Assembly (NCBI GenBank): GCA_022425945.1
Contig: JAKMEK010000040.1
Coordinates: forward strand, 9,950-73,949
DNA from: Flavobacteriaceae bacterium
GTDB lineage: Bacteria > Bacteroidota > Bacteroidia > Flavobacteriales > Flavobacteriaceae
Direction of reading: 5' to 3'
DNA length: 64,000 nucleotides
Below, piece by piece: positions 19,475-29,535 of the stretch. The notes under the pieces were generated by a model. It made no database searches. It worked only from the letters and a program-made list of their open reading frames with translations, and had not been told where the DNA came from. Every line of letters starts with the position of its first letter. Within the stretch, counting starts at the first letter, position 1. The position numbers and the translations under genes are program-made.

Positions 19475-19825
19475 TTACTTTTTTGGAAAGCGCTTTTTTA
19501 ACATTTGTTCAATTTCGACTAACATCAACAGCGGGCACAATACGAAAATTATTATGCCAATACCAATGCCCCAAATGGAATGAATATCTGCTAACCAAGC
19601 TAGTCCTCCCAAAAGCACAATCCCCGCCCCCATTTTTTGCATTTGGCGAGATGAATAGGCCTGGGCAAAGTCCCAGCTTTCTTGGTCACGCATCGATTTT
19701 CGGGTGCGATAACCATAGAAGTGATTGATTTTTTTTGGTGGAAATTTTTGTTGGATATAACCCGCAATAACAAAAATTAGGCCTCCACAACAAAGGATTA
19801 AACTAAGAGGGTTAAAAGACTCCAT
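19475..19825 (-). CDS. SdpI/YhfL family membrane protein
   Basis: PPKKINHFYGYRT..SM....WDFA motif flanked by TM helices. Confidence 0.8.
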   Translation of the reverse strand: MESFNPLSLILCCGGLIFVIAGYIQQKFPPKKINHFYGYRTRKSMRDQESWDFAQAYSSRQMQKMGAGIVLLGGLAWLADIHSIWGIGIGIIIFVLCPLLMLVEIEQMLKKRFPKK

Positions 19826-19937
19826 AAATGATGATTGTAACCCTAATTTAGGCATCTTTTGTGTTCTGTGAAAGGTTTCTATGAATAAAAAGGATTGGTT
19901 CTCGCTACATTCAATGGTTTTAAATATCTTTATCCCT

Positions 19938-20909
19938 ATGCTTTCCCTTTACCCTTTTTCATTTGTCCCCCAAATTAAATACCGCTTATGGGGTGGTGAT
20001 AAATTTTCCTCTGTTTTAAAGAAAGAGTATGTGGGTGAAAAAAGAGGAGAGTCGTGGGAAATCTCTACTGTCCCAAAGCTTGAATCTGAAATCGCTACTG
20101 GGCCTTACAAAGGAAAAACACTCGTAGAGATGATTACTGCTTTTCCAAAAGAACTAATGGGTGAGGCCGTGATAGAACGTTTTGGAAACAGCTTCCCCTT
20201 ACTCATTAAATTTATCGATGCCAAAGTTCCGCTTTCGGTACAGGTTCACCCCAATGATGCGCTAGCCAAAGAACGACACAATTCGTTTGGAAAAAACGAA
20301 ATGTGGTATGTTTTGGATGCCGAACCCAATGCCGAATTACTCCTAGGCTTTAAAAAAGTAATCAATCAAGCTGCCTATCAGCAATTATTGAAAGAAAATC
20401 GACTAGAGGAGGTATTACATGCTGAAAAAGTGAGTGCTGGCGATGTGGTGTATATTCCTGCAGGAAGAATTCATGCCATTGGCGGAGGCGTCTTATTGGC
20501 TGAAATTCAGCAATCATCAGATATCACCTATCGTGTACATGATTACAATCGCGTGGATGCAAAAACAGGAAAAACACGCGAATTACACAATGATCTAGCA
20601 CTTGATGCGCTTGATTTTTCTATCCAAAAAAAGCATAAAACAAACTATTCTAAAGACCTCAACCAGGTCAATACTGTGCTCGAAACTCCTTTTTTTACGA
20701 CTTCTTTTCTTCCTATTAACGGCGCTATGGAACGTAATTACCAAAACCACGATTGCTTTCATGTACTCATCGGTGTCAAAGGAACACTAAGTGTTTACTA
20801 TGCCGAAAAAGAGTACGCCCTTCCTTTAGGTGGCTGCTTACTTATTCCTGCCGCCATTCAACAGCTCCGCATTCAAGGAGACGGAAGTTGTTTGGAAGTT
20901 TATGTTTAA
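19938..20909 (+). CDS. manA: Type I phosphomannose isomerase
   Basis: LWGG, GESWEIS, FPLLIKFID, LSVQVHP, GKNEMWY, AGRIHA, EIQQSSDITYR, RELH. Confidence 0.92.
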   Translation: MLSLYPFSFVPQIKYRLWGGDKFSSVLKKEYVGEKRGESWEISTVPKLESEIATGPYKGKTLVEMITAFPKELMGEAVIERFGNSFPLLIKFIDAKVPLSVQVHPNDALAKERHNSFGKNEMWYVLDAEPNAELLLGFKKVINQAAYQQLLKENRLEEVLHAEKVSAGDVVYIPAGRIHAIGGGVLLAEIQQSSDITYRVHDYNRVDAKTGKTRELHNDLALDALDFSIQKKHKTNYSKDLNQVNTVLETPFFTTSFLPINGAMERNYQNHDCFHVLIGVKGTLSVYYAEKEYALPLGGCLLIPAAIQQLRIQGDGSCLEVYV

Positions 20910-21025
20910 TTGGATTCCGTTATTCCTGTAAAAAAAAGGGAAAATCCTGAATGATAATAGTCGAGCTTTGCACTGTATCGGGCTAACGAGCCTCAACAAT
21001 CTACCTTTCCTTTAAAAACAAGTAT

Positions 21026-21055
21026 AAAAAAAGCCCCTTCTTTCAAAGGGGCTTT
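21026..21055 (-). terminator. Rho-independent terminator of the atp operon
   Basis: A7 then GCCCCTT-loop-AAGGGGC-TTT on + strand, giving hairpin plus U run on minus, about 20 nt past the atpG stop. Confidence 0.8.
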
Positions 21056-21076
21056 ACAAATGCAATCTAAAAAGTA

Positions 21077-21937
21077 CTAGTTATTCAGGGCTTCTGCACC
21101 ACCTACGATTTCTAAAATCTCGTTGGTGATAGCAGCTTGACGGGCCTTGTTGTAGGTTAACTTTAATTGGTCCCTCAATTCTGTTGCGTTATCCGTTGCT
21201 TTGTGCATGGCGGTCATACGTGCGCCGTGCTCGCTAGCAAAAGAGTCGCGTAATGCCTTAAAAAGCTGCATTTTGATGCTTTTTGGCAGTAATTCATTTA
21301 CAATTTCTTCTTGGGTAGGCTCAAAAATATAATCGACTGAAGCGTTTACATTCTCTTTTGCTTCGGCCACGATCGGTAATAAGGTTTCTGTGGTGACAAT
21401 CTGTGTAGCTGCATTTTTAAAACGGTTGTACATGACCACTACCTTATCGTATTCTTTGTTGGCAAAGCCATTCATAAAACCTTCAGCAATTTTACTTGTA
21501 TTAGCAAAGGTTAATTCATCAAAAATACTGTTATCGTTCAGGGAGATTGTTTTGTTTTTTGACAAAATATCATTCCCTTTTTTTCCCAATGTAATTAGAC
21601 TAATCTCTTGGTTACTGTTTTGCTCAACATAGTGATTAACCGCTTTGATGATGCTTGAGTTGAACCCACCACACAAACCACGGTTAGACGTAATTACGAC
21701 CAAAAGCACCTTGTTTACTGGGCGCTCTTGGGTGTAGGGGTTGGGCGTATCACCATCAATTGAACCGCTAAGGTTCTGGATCAATTCTGTCAACTTATCG
21801 GAATACGGACGCATGGCGGTAATGGCATCTTGCGCTTTCTTGAGCTTTGCTGCCGAAACCATTTTCATGGCCGAAGTAATTTGCATGGTCGATGAGACCG
21901 ATGCAATCCGATTCCGTATTTCTTTTAAGTTTGCCAT
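21077..21937 (-). CDS. atpG: ATP synthase F1 gamma
   Basis: QITSAMKMVSAAKL, RGLCGGFN, SEHGARMTAM, RQAAITNEILEI. Confidence 0.98.
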   Translation of the reverse strand: MANLKEIRNRIASVSSTMQITSAMKMVSAAKLKKAQDAITAMRPYSDKLTELIQNLSGSIDGDTPNPYTQERPVNKVLLVVITSNRGLCGGFNSSIIKAVNHYVEQNSNQEISLITLGKKGNDILSKNKTISLNDNSIFDELTFANTSKIAEGFMNGFANKEYDKVVVMYNRFKNAATQIVTTETLLPIVAEAKENVNASVDYIFEPTQEEIVNELLPKSIKMQLFKALRDSFASEHGARMTAMHKATDNATELRDQLKLTYNKARQAAITNEILEIVGGAEALNN

Positions 21938-21943
21938 AACGGT

Positions 21944-23521
21944 CTATTCAAATTGTGCTGAAATGCTTTTGGCTACAGCGTTCAATGTATCCAACACCTC
22001 ATCAGTTAATTTCCCTGCTTTGATGGTGTCTAAAACACCGCGGTGTTTGGCATTTAATTCTTCGATAAAGGCTTTTTCAAAGGCTTTAACCTGATCTACT
22101 GGAACATTGCGCAATAAGTTCTTAGAACCTGCGTAAATGATCGCTGTTTGATCTTCTACGGTATAAGGATCGTTTTGTGCTTGCTTTAATATCTCAACAT
22201 TACGGCGTCCCTTTTCAATTACGTTTAGGGTAGCTGCGTCCAAATCAGAACCGAACTTAGCAAAAGCTTCCAATTCGCGGAATTGTGCTTGGTCTAGTTT
22301 CAATGTTCCGGAAACCTTTTTCATGGATTTAATCTGAGCCGATCCTCCTACACGTGATACCGAAATACCTACGTTAATTGCTGGTCGAACTCCTGAGTTG
22401 AATAAATCAGACTCCAAGAAGATTTGTCCATCGGTAATCGAAATTACGTTCGTTGGAATATAAGCTGATACGTCTCCTGCTTGTGTTTCAATGATTGGAA
22501 GTGCGGTCAGTGATCCACCTCCTTTTACCTTGTCTTTTAGGGACGCTGGTAAATCGTTCATTCCTTTAGCGATGGTATCGTCAGCAATAACTTTCGCTGC
22601 ACGCTCCAATAAACGGGAGTGTAAGTAAAATACATCTCCAGGATATGCTTCACGTCCCGGTGGGCGACGTAATAGTAATGATACTTCACGGTATGCAACA
22701 GCTTGTTTAGACAAATCATCATAGATAATTAAGGCCGGACGACCTGTATCTCTGAAGTACTCACCAATTGCAGCTCCTGCCATCGGTGCATATACCTGCA
22801 TCGGTGCTGGATCAGATGCGTTTGCCGCAACAATGGTTGTATAGGCTAGTGCTCCTTTGTCTTCCAATACTTTTGCTATTCCTGCAACCGTAGACGCTTT
22901 CTGTCCAATGGCCACATAGATACAATATACAGGCTCACCTGCATCGTAAAATTCTTTTTGGTTAAGGATGGTGTCAATACAAACGGTTGTTTTTCCTGTT
23001 TGACGGTCACCAATAACCAACTCACGTTGTCCTCTACCCACAGGAATCATGGCGTCAATAGACTTAATTCCAGTTTGCATCGGTTCGTTTACGGGTTGGC
23101 GGTAAATTACTCCTGGAGCTTTACGCTCTAAAGGCATTTCAAAAACTTCGCCTTCAATCGGACCTTTTCCATCAATTGTATTTCCTAAGGTGTCTACAAC
23201 ACGTCCAACAATTCCTTCCCCAACATTGATGGAAGCAATTGTATTAGTACGCTTTACCGTATCGCCTTCGATAATTCCTTTTGACGGTCCTAAAAGTACC
23301 ACCCCAACATTATCTTCTTCTAGGTTTAAGACCATGCCCTCAAGGCCAGAGTCAAAACGAACCAATTCACCATATTGTGCGTTGGATAATCCATACACAC
23401 GGGCGATTCCGTCTCCTACTTCCAATACAGTTCCTACTTCGTCCAAGGAAGATGAAGTGTCGGTTCCTGCTAGTTGGTTTTTCAAGATTGCTGAAACTTC
23501 AGCGGGTTTAATTGCTGCCAT
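21944..23521 (-). CDS. atpA: ATP synthase F1 alpha
   Basis: [32 protein letters not shown]. Confidence 0.99.
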   Translation of the reverse strand: MAAIKPAEVSAILKNQLAGTDTSSSLDEVGTVLEVGDGIARVYGLSNAQYGELVRFDSGLEGMVLNLEEDNVGVVLLGPSKGIIEGDTVKRTNTIASINVGEGIVGRVVDTLGNTIDGKGPIEGEVFEMPLERKAPGVIYRQPVNEPMQTGIKSIDAMIPVGRGQRELVIGDRQTGKTTVCIDTILNQKEFYDAGEPVYCIYVAIGQKASTVAGIAKVLEDKGALAYTTIVAANASDPAPMQVYAPMAGAAIGEYFRDTGRPALIIYDDLSKQAVAYREVSLLLRRPPGREAYPGDVFYLHSRLLERAAKVIADDTIAKGMNDLPASLKDKVKGGGSLTALPIIETQAGDVSAYIPTNVISITDGQIFLESDLFNSGVRPAINVGISVSRVGGSAQIKSMKKVSGTLKLDQAQFRELEAFAKFGSDLDAATLNVIEKGRRNVEILKQAQNDPYTVEDQTAIIYAGSKNLLRNVPVDQVKAFEKAFIEELNAKHRGVLDTIKAGKLTDEVLDTLNAVAKSISAQFE

Positions 23522-23531
23522 AGTTTTTTCT

Positions 23532-24080
23532 TTATGCGCTATAATTCGTTTGTGTAAATTCTCTTTTCAATTGATCCAATTGGTGGGCAACGCTTGCGTT
23601 GTATTGCAAGTCGCCAATACGCAATATAAAACCACCGATAATGGTTGGGTCAATGATATTGTGTAAACTAATTTCCGCTGAAGACAATTGACTTGCTTTC
23701 GCTAAAATTGTTTTTTCCAAGGCAGGAGTTAGTGCTACAGCAGTTGTTACCGTTGCTGTTTCCTTTCCTTGGTGCTTTTTTAATAAATCTAAGTATGCGA
23801 GCGCTACTTGATCCAATAAATCGATACGATTATTGGTCGAGAGCAACTCAATGACTTGATTTGATAGTGGACTGAGAGAGGCAAAAGCTTTTTGCAAGGT
23901 TTCCTGCTTAACACTGTTGGCCACAACAGGGTTTTCCAAGAACTGACCTAAAGCAGGGTTTTCTGCAAAAACGGAAACGACTTGTTCCATGTCTTGCGCC
24001 AACGTAGCTTCATTCTTTTGTTCTAAAGAAATGCTAAGTGCTGCTTTTGCATAACGTAATGCTGCTCGAGTATTTCTCAT
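23532..24080 (-). CDS. atpH: ATP synthase F1 delta
   Basis: [23 protein letters not shown]. Confidence 0.95.
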   Translation of the reverse strand: MRNTRAALRYAKAALSISLEQKNEATLAQDMEQVVSVFAENPALGQFLENPVVANSVKQETLQKAFASLSPLSNQVIELLSTNNRIDLLDQVALAYLDLLKKHQGKETATVTTAVALTPALEKTILAKASQLSSAEISLHNIIDPTIIGGFILRIGDLQYNASVAHQLDQLKREFTQTNYSA

Positions 24081-24083
24081 CGT

Positions 24084-24584
24084 TTAGTTAATCTCTATCG
24101 CTTTGACTAGTTTTTCTACCAGTTGTTCTTGTTTCTTCTGATCGGCTAATTCACCCTGAACTACTTTTTGTGCAATGTCGATTGAAAGGCTGGCCACTTG
24201 ATTTTTAATGTCGTTAATAGCAGCATTTTTTTCTTGCAAAATAGCTTCTTGTGCGGCTGCAGCAACTTTGTCTGCTTCCGTTTTAGCGGCATCTTTAGCG
24301 TCGTTGATCATTTGTGTACTCGCTTTTTTGGCTTCTGCCAACAAAGCATCACGTTCTGCACGCGCCTCTTTTAAGATTCTCTTGTTGTCGGCTTGAATAG
24401 CTTCCATGTCAGCTTTGGCTTTGTCCGCAGCTTCTAAGGAATCTTTGATGGTGTTTTCACGCTCTTCAACGGCTGAAAGGATAGGTTTCCAAGCATATTT
24501 TGCCAACATCAAAAGAAGGCCTAAAAAGATAAGTGTCTGCCAAATAAAAAGGCCAAACGAAAATTCTTCTATTAATTTTTCCAT
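24084..24584 (-). CDS. atpF: ATP synthase F0 subunit b
   Basis: GLFIWQ..FL.LL..LAKYAWKPIL..VEERE; coiled coil; ATG 24584 preferred. Confidence 0.95.
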   Translation of the reverse strand: MEKLIEEFSFGLFIWQTLIFLGLLLMLAKYAWKPILSAVEERENTIKDSLEAADKAKADMEAIQADNKRILKEARAERDALLAEAKKASTQMINDAKDAAKTEADKVAAAAQEAILQEKNAAINDIKNQVASLSIDIAQKVVQGELADQKKQEQLVEKLVKAIEIN

Positions 24585-24657
24585 ATCAGTTAAATGTTCA
24601 ATTAAGAAAAATAAAGCTGCCGCCAACCGCGTGCAGCTTTATTTAAAATGATTTAGC

Positions 24658-24849
24658 TTATACTGCGAATAAAGCAGCGAAACCAATTCCTTCAATCAAA
24701 GCAGCTGCGATCAACATAGCTGTTTGAATTTTTCCGTAAGCTTCAGGCTGACGTGCAATTGCGTCCATAGCAGATCCACCGATACGGCCGATCCCCATTC
24801 CAACACCAATTACAATTATACCTGCTCCTACCATTACTGGAATTTCCAT
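24658..24849 (-). CDS. atpE: ATP synthase F0 subunit c
   Basis: GxGxGxG, ARQPE loop, ion-binding Glu in ALIEG. Confidence 0.96.
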   Translation of the reverse strand: MEIPVMVGAGIIVIGVGMGIGRIGGSAMDAIARQPEAYGKIQTAMLIAAALIEGIGFAALFAV

Positions 24850-24904
24850 AGTGTGTAATTTAAATTAAACAATCATTTTCAATACTCAATTGAGTAGTGT
24901 TCGG

Positions 24905-26014
24905 TTAATGATGCTCGTGCTCTTCGGCTGCAAAGCCAAAATATAAAGCAGAAAGCATCGTAAATATATATGCCTGTAACAAGGCAACTAAAATTTCTAT
25001 CAATGAAATGGCAAAAGCAAGCCCAAATGACAACGGACTTCCCAACCAACTTTTAAAAATAAACATCAATCCAATTAAGCTCATCAATACAATGTGACCT
25101 GCCTGCATGTTAGCATACAATCGAATTAAGAGCGAAAAAGGTTTAACAAAAATCCCGAGAACTTCAATGGGGATTAGGATAATGTACAATGGAACTTTTG
25201 CATACCAAGCCATGGTGCTTCCTAATGGGTCAAAGATATGTAACCAGTAGTCTTTGGTTCCTGTAAGGTTTGTGATCAGGAAGGTCAATAAGGCCAAACC
25301 AAAAGTAACGGCTATGTTTCCTGTAACATTTACCCCTAGTGGTGTTAATCCTAAAATGTTTAAAAACCAAATGAAGAAAAAGATGGTCAACAAATAGCTC
25401 ATGTACTTCTTGTATTTCTTTTCACCGATGTTCGGACGAGCAATGTCATCTCTAACATACAGAACAATTGGCTCGAAAAAACGACCAACTCCTGAAGCGA
25501 TTCCGCCGTTTTTAGCATAAGACTCTGCAAGATTCTTGAAAAGAAAGAACATGATTGCAAACACCAACAACATGCTTACAACACTTTTGGTCATCGAAAG
25601 GTCAAGGGGTTTGCTGTTTGTTGCATGGTGGTCTTCATCGTAATTGATGGTTCCAGCTGCATCTGTCTTATAAATCTTGTTGTGGTAAAGTGCGTAGTAA
25701 TTTCCGTCTACATTCGCCACGGTTTCTCCGTGATGAAATTTAGAAGAAGAAAAAAGTTTCAATCCATTGTCCCATAAAATAACGGGCAAAGGAAGGCCTA
25801 TGTAAACGTGTTCACCTTGGTCATTGGTGTAAGAAAACAAGCTGAAATCATAGGAGTCTTGCAAGTGATGTGCAATGTATTCTTTGATTTCGGTTTTGAG
25901 GTCCCCGTCTTTGGCTCCATCTTTTGTTTCTGCCAAGGCAAAGCTTGAGCAGAGAAGGGCAAGCATAGCAACACTCTTTTTAGCGTAATTTAAAATAGTA
26001 GATTTCCTCTTCAT
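24905..26014 (-). CDS. atpB: ATP synthase F0 subunit a (with N-terminal periplasmic extension)
   Basis: HHLQDS, KPFSLLIRLYANMQAGH, LQAYIFTMLS. Confidence 0.96.
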   Translation of the reverse strand: MKRKSTILNYAKKSVAMLALLCSSFALAETKDGAKDGDLKTEIKEYIAHHLQDSYDFSLFSYTNDQGEHVYIGLPLPVILWDNGLKLFSSSKFHHGETVANVDGNYYALYHNKIYKTDAAGTINYDEDHHATNSKPLDLSMTKSVVSMLLVFAIMFFLFKNLAESYAKNGGIASGVGRFFEPIVLYVRDDIARPNIGEKKYKKYMSYLLTIFFFIWFLNILGLTPLGVNVTGNIAVTFGLALLTFLITNLTGTKDYWLHIFDPLGSTMAWYAKVPLYIILIPIEVLGIFVKPFSLLIRLYANMQAGHIVLMSLIGLMFIFKSWLGSPLSFGLAFAISLIEILVALLQAYIFTMLSALYFGFAAEEHEHH

Positions 26015-26034
26015 TTCGAACTAAAATTCGTGTG

Positions 26035-26042
26035 CAAATGTA
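26035..26042 (-). promoter_or_regulatory. -7 box TACATTTG upstream of atpB
   Basis: Exact TAnnTTTG match 20 nt upstream of the atpB ATG. Confidence 0.6.
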
Positions 26043-26075
26043 GTGCTTTAAACGAAAAGGGGAAACAGTTCGGGC

Positions 26076-26459
26076 TTATATTTTATTCAATTTGGAAATT
26101 AAGATTCCTGTTTCCAAAAACAAGCCTGTAAAATAGGGAATTAAAAAGCTTGTTTTTTCTAAAACACTGACCGCTCCATCCTGTTTGAAAAGTGGCCACA
26201 AAAGCAAAAAAAACAACGCAAACTTAAGCCCACTTGCTAGTATATATAGCCAAGCGACGTAATGGCTATAGCGACTAAATGCAGCCAATAAACCCCATAA
26301 AAAAAGAAGACTAATCACAAAATTCCCCAAATAAACCTCAACAAAAAAAGCTTCGGTAAAACCGTATTCTAGAAAAAGCAATAGCGCTGCATGTAATGCC
26401 GCTATCAACACAAATAGTGCTGTAAATGGGAGATAAATTGTACGAAAATTTGGTCCTAT
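26076..26459 (-). CDS. AtpI-like 4-TM membrane protein (DUF6168-like); start uncertain
   Basis: Hydrophobic ORF directly upstream of atpB with LKF..F and FLIPYF..LFLE. No ATG near the atpZ stop; candidate starts ATA 26459, GTG 26411 or ATG 26534. Confidence 0.7.
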   Translation of the reverse strand: MGPNFRTIYLPFTALFVLIAALHAALLLFLEYGFTEAFFVEVYLGNFVISLLFLWGLLAAFSRYSHYVAWLYILASGLKFALFFLLLWPLFKQDGAVSVLEKTSFLIPYFTGLFLETGILISKLNKI

Positions 26460-26656
26460 AATTTCTTTGTTTGTTGGATGATACGATGAATTACAATGCC
26501 TAGGCCAATGACACAAAAGAGAAGCGTGTGCCATGGTTTTGTGTTTGCTGATTTTTGATCAAAATATTGGCCTAAAAAAACAGCAGCATACATTAATACG
26601 CCAATTTGGATGGCTAGTGACGAAAAAATCAACCAGGTATTAGGCCGTTTTTTCAC
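26456..26656 (-). CDS. AtpZ/AtpI family small membrane protein
   Basis: S.LAIQIG......FLG.YFD two-TM pattern; GTG 26656 or ATG 26680 start. Confidence 0.78.
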   Translation of the reverse strand: MKKRPNTWLIFSSLAIQIGVLMYAAVFLGQYFDQKSANTKPWHTLLFCVIGLGIVIHRIIQQTKKL

Positions 26657-27020
26657 GTTTCCCAGCAATTGATTTGACATCTGCAGCTGATTTCATTGAA
26701 CAGTTTGCGTTTAGAGTTGCGCCTGATTCAACGATTAATTTTCCAATGACAACGTCTCCTTCGACTATAGAAGTAGACTTGAGTGTAAGGCTTTCCTTTA
26801 CATCAATTTTTCCGGTGAATTTACCTTCAACATCAGCATAGGTGCAGCTTACCGCCCCTTTGATTAAACCGTCTTTCCCGATAACCACTTTTCCTGAGGT
26901 TACGATTGTTCCTTCTAAAGTGCCATCAATTCTAAAATCGGCTTCGGACGTAATGTCCCCTTTGATTACGGTGCTTTTTTCAATTCTATTCGGTTGTCCG
27001 TTGGTTTCGTTATTTTTCAT
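26640..27020 (-). CDS. Bactofilin (polymer-forming cytoskeletal protein)
   Basis: T.IKGDI..EADFRIDG.LEG.I...GKVVIG..G.I.G beta-helix repeats. Confidence 0.9.
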   Translation of the reverse strand: MKNNETNGQPNRIEKSTVIKGDITSEADFRIDGTLEGTIVTSGKVVIGKDGLIKGAVSCTYADVEGKFTGKIDVKESLTLKSTSIVEGDVVIGKLIVESGATLNANCSMKSAADVKSIAGKREKTA

Positions 27021-27031
27021 TGTAAGGTTTT

Positions 27032-29491
27032 TTATTGATTGGGTTGCCAGCTTTTAAGTCGTTGTGTTTCTTCGTATTGACCAGATAAAAGTACAAAGTT
27101 ATTTGTTTTCCTTTCAAAACCCGCAATTTCTTCCCATAATTTTAAATAAACCTTTTGATCTGGATATTGGTTTTGAGTATGCACAACGATAAAATCAGTA
27201 GTTTTATCGTACACGTCCAACGATATTTTCCAATGATGATTAGCATCATTCTTTAGAGCCTTTTTCATACGCTGGACAATGGCTTGGTTTTCTTCTGCTT
27301 TGTCGAAAGAAAAAATCCATTTATAACGTTTCAGTGAAGGTCGTTTGGGCTTAGCCTTTACTTCTTTTTGAATTCTTGAAAGGATTGTTTTAACTGCATC
27401 CGCCTCATCTGCATTCGGGTAGCGTTTGATAAACGCTTTAAGCTCCTCTTTGTATTTTTGTTCCCCAAACAATCTACCCTTTGCATTGGCTTGCAAGAGG
27501 GCAACTTTTGTGACTAGAGGTGTCCCAACAACAAAGATTTTAAGTTTTTCTCCTTCATTTATTACTCGTTCAAAATCTTGCTCGTTAAATGCTTCATATA
27601 GTTGCGCATAGATCGTTGAGGGTGTTTGGTTTTCGGCCAAAGAGGAATTTTCTGGATCAACCAAAATTTTCGTGAATGCAGATTCGGGAAATTGGGACAT
27701 TAACCTTTCTTTGTACTTCTTGGCTTGTGTCGGGTTTTCATTTTCTTCCAGTTTGAAACAATGATAGAGCGCGCTTTCTTCTTGTTGTTCTGTAGGGGAT
27801 AATTGCAAAACTTTCTCTAATCGGTTTAATGCTAAAGATCTATTCGCAAACTTTTCTTTGTAAATAATTCCTACATCTAAATAGGCTTGCTTTCGAGATA
27901 AATCTAGGCTGTCAAGTAAATATACGTTCGTAGGCACTTGCTCCATAAAAAAGTCTGCGGTTTCAACAAAAAAGCCTTCTTCTGTTTCTTCTCTTTGGAT
28001 TTGGTTATTTGCTGCTTGACTGAGTAGCTGAGCCGTTCCTAAACGATTCCAGCTATCTGTATTTGGGCGATTGCCCCAGGTCGATAAAAAGGCTTGTTTC
28101 CCACCAACCAAAAGGCGTTCGTTATAAAAATAATAGTTGTTGGATGCGTTTCCGCCAAAGTTTAAAATCCCTTTTTTTTCTTGGACAACAGCGGCCAACT
28201 CTTTTGCTCTTTTACGATCAATCTCGGTTTGAAAAAAACTACGCTGCTCTTCTTTGCTCATGCTCGCTAGGTGCAAAACACTGTCGGTAGACTGAATGAT
28301 TTTCTCGAGTGTAATCACATCATCTAAGCCTCCGCGTTCACGTTCGACTGTTTTTTTGAAGCGGCCTTCCTCAGGAATTTGACTTATGAGGCTGTCCAAA
28401 TAAGCTCCTGTTTTAACATATTCGCCTTTAGTGAAATTGTAGTCTGCAAGTTCGCGATAGTTCGCGCGACGTGTTGGAGGATCAATATAATTGCTTTTTA
28501 AAGACTTTGAATAGTAGGTTAATGCAAGACTGTCTTTTCCTTGCGACAAAAGGTAACGCGCTTCTTGTTGATGTATTAGGTGTAAATAGGGTTGGTTTTC
28601 AAACAGCTTGCTCAAGCGCTCTAGGGTGGGCAAGGGGCTAACAGAATCGATTACTGCTCTTAACCGAATAGCTTGCAGCTTGGCTTGCATCCAAAAAATT
28701 CTGGGTGCTTTTCTATTCCAATTTACGATGGATTGATAGGCCCTCTGAGCGCTATCCAGAAGGTTTGCTCGTTCTAACAATTGTGCTTCTATGTAGCGAT
28801 AACGGGCTTTATTTACTTTCTTTTTTTCTGCCAAGGCCGCACGAGTAATGTAAACTCGGGCAGAATCTTCTTCTTTTAAATTAATATAGCCCTGGGCAAC
28901 TGTAGCATTGTATGGCGCATAGAGCTTGTTGCCAAACGGAATTTGATTTGCTAGAAGGGTTAAGTTTTTTACCGCTAGTGCGTCGTTCTCTAACCGTAGA
29001 TTGGTTTTTTCACGCCAAAGTTTTCCTTCCAAATAAGCCGCTCTATCTTCATATGCTTCCAATAGAAAATTAAATGCTTCTAGCGCTGGTAAAAACCTAC
29101 GATCGTAATAGCGCGCTTTTCCCAAAAGCAAATAGGCTTCCTGAATTTGTCGGTTGCGTTGCTCTCCTTCAATATTCATGGAATGCTTTTGAATGGCCTT
29201 AACTGCTTTCTCTTCAGCAACTGAAAAACTGGGGATACTTGCACTGTTGTCCTGATCTTCTCCGGCCAAAAGAATGGGTTCTACGGGAAGAACATTGAGA
29301 AAGTCATCTTCAAGGTTTTGATACAAAATTGCTTTCCCAATGGAAAGCGCTTCTTTGCCGTTAAAAACCACATTAAATTTGGTGTTCAATGCATGGTACT
29401 CTCGGTTGAGGAAATTGTTTTTTTGGGTAGAGCACCCAAAAACAAAAACCCATAAAAATGGAAGTACAATAGAGGCCGGTTTTCGATTCAA
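27032..29491 (-). CDS. sprE: Gliding motility / T9SS TPR lipoprotein SprE (PorW)
   Basis: Lipobox FGC then STQKNNFLNREYHALNTKFNVVFNG, KAIQKHSM, YFYN...GK..F...WGNRPN.D.W; TPR repeats; TTG start. Confidence 0.82.
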   Translation of the reverse strand: MNRKPASIVLPFLWVFVFGCSTQKNNFLNREYHALNTKFNVVFNGKEALSIGKAILYQNLEDDFLNVLPVEPILLAGEDQDNSASIPSFSVAEEKAVKAIQKHSMNIEGEQRNRQIQEAYLLLGKARYYDRRFLPALEAFNFLLEAYEDRAAYLEGKLWREKTNLRLENDALAVKNLTLLANQIPFGNKLYAPYNATVAQGYINLKEEDSARVYITRAALAEKKKVNKARYRYIEAQLLERANLLDSAQRAYQSIVNWNRKAPRIFWMQAKLQAIRLRAVIDSVSPLPTLERLSKLFENQPYLHLIHQQEARYLLSQGKDSLALTYYSKSLKSNYIDPPTRRANYRELADYNFTKGEYVKTGAYLDSLISQIPEEGRFKKTVERERGGLDDVITLEKIIQSTDSVLHLASMSKEEQRSFFQTEIDRKRAKELAAVVQEKKGILNFGGNASNNYYFYNERLLVGGKQAFLSTWGNRPNTDSWNRLGTAQLLSQAANNQIQREETEEGFFVETADFFMEQVPTNVYLLDSLDLSRKQAYLDVGIIYKEKFANRSLALNRLEKVLQLSPTEQQEESALYHCFKLEENENPTQAKKYKERLMSQFPESAFTKILVDPENSSLAENQTPSTIYAQLYEAFNEQDFERVINEGEKLKIFVVGTPLVTKVALLQANAKGRLFGEQKYKEELKAFIKRYPNADEADAVKTILSRIQKEVKAKPKRPSLKRYKWIFSFDKAEENQAIVQRMKKALKNDANHHWKISLDVYDKTTDFIVVHTQNQYPDQKVYLKLWEEIAGFERKTNNFVLLSGQYEETQRLKSWQPNQ

Positions 29492-29535
29492 AAAAAGCGT
29501 TTATGTAATAACTGAAAAAAGCCCGTTTTAGTATG

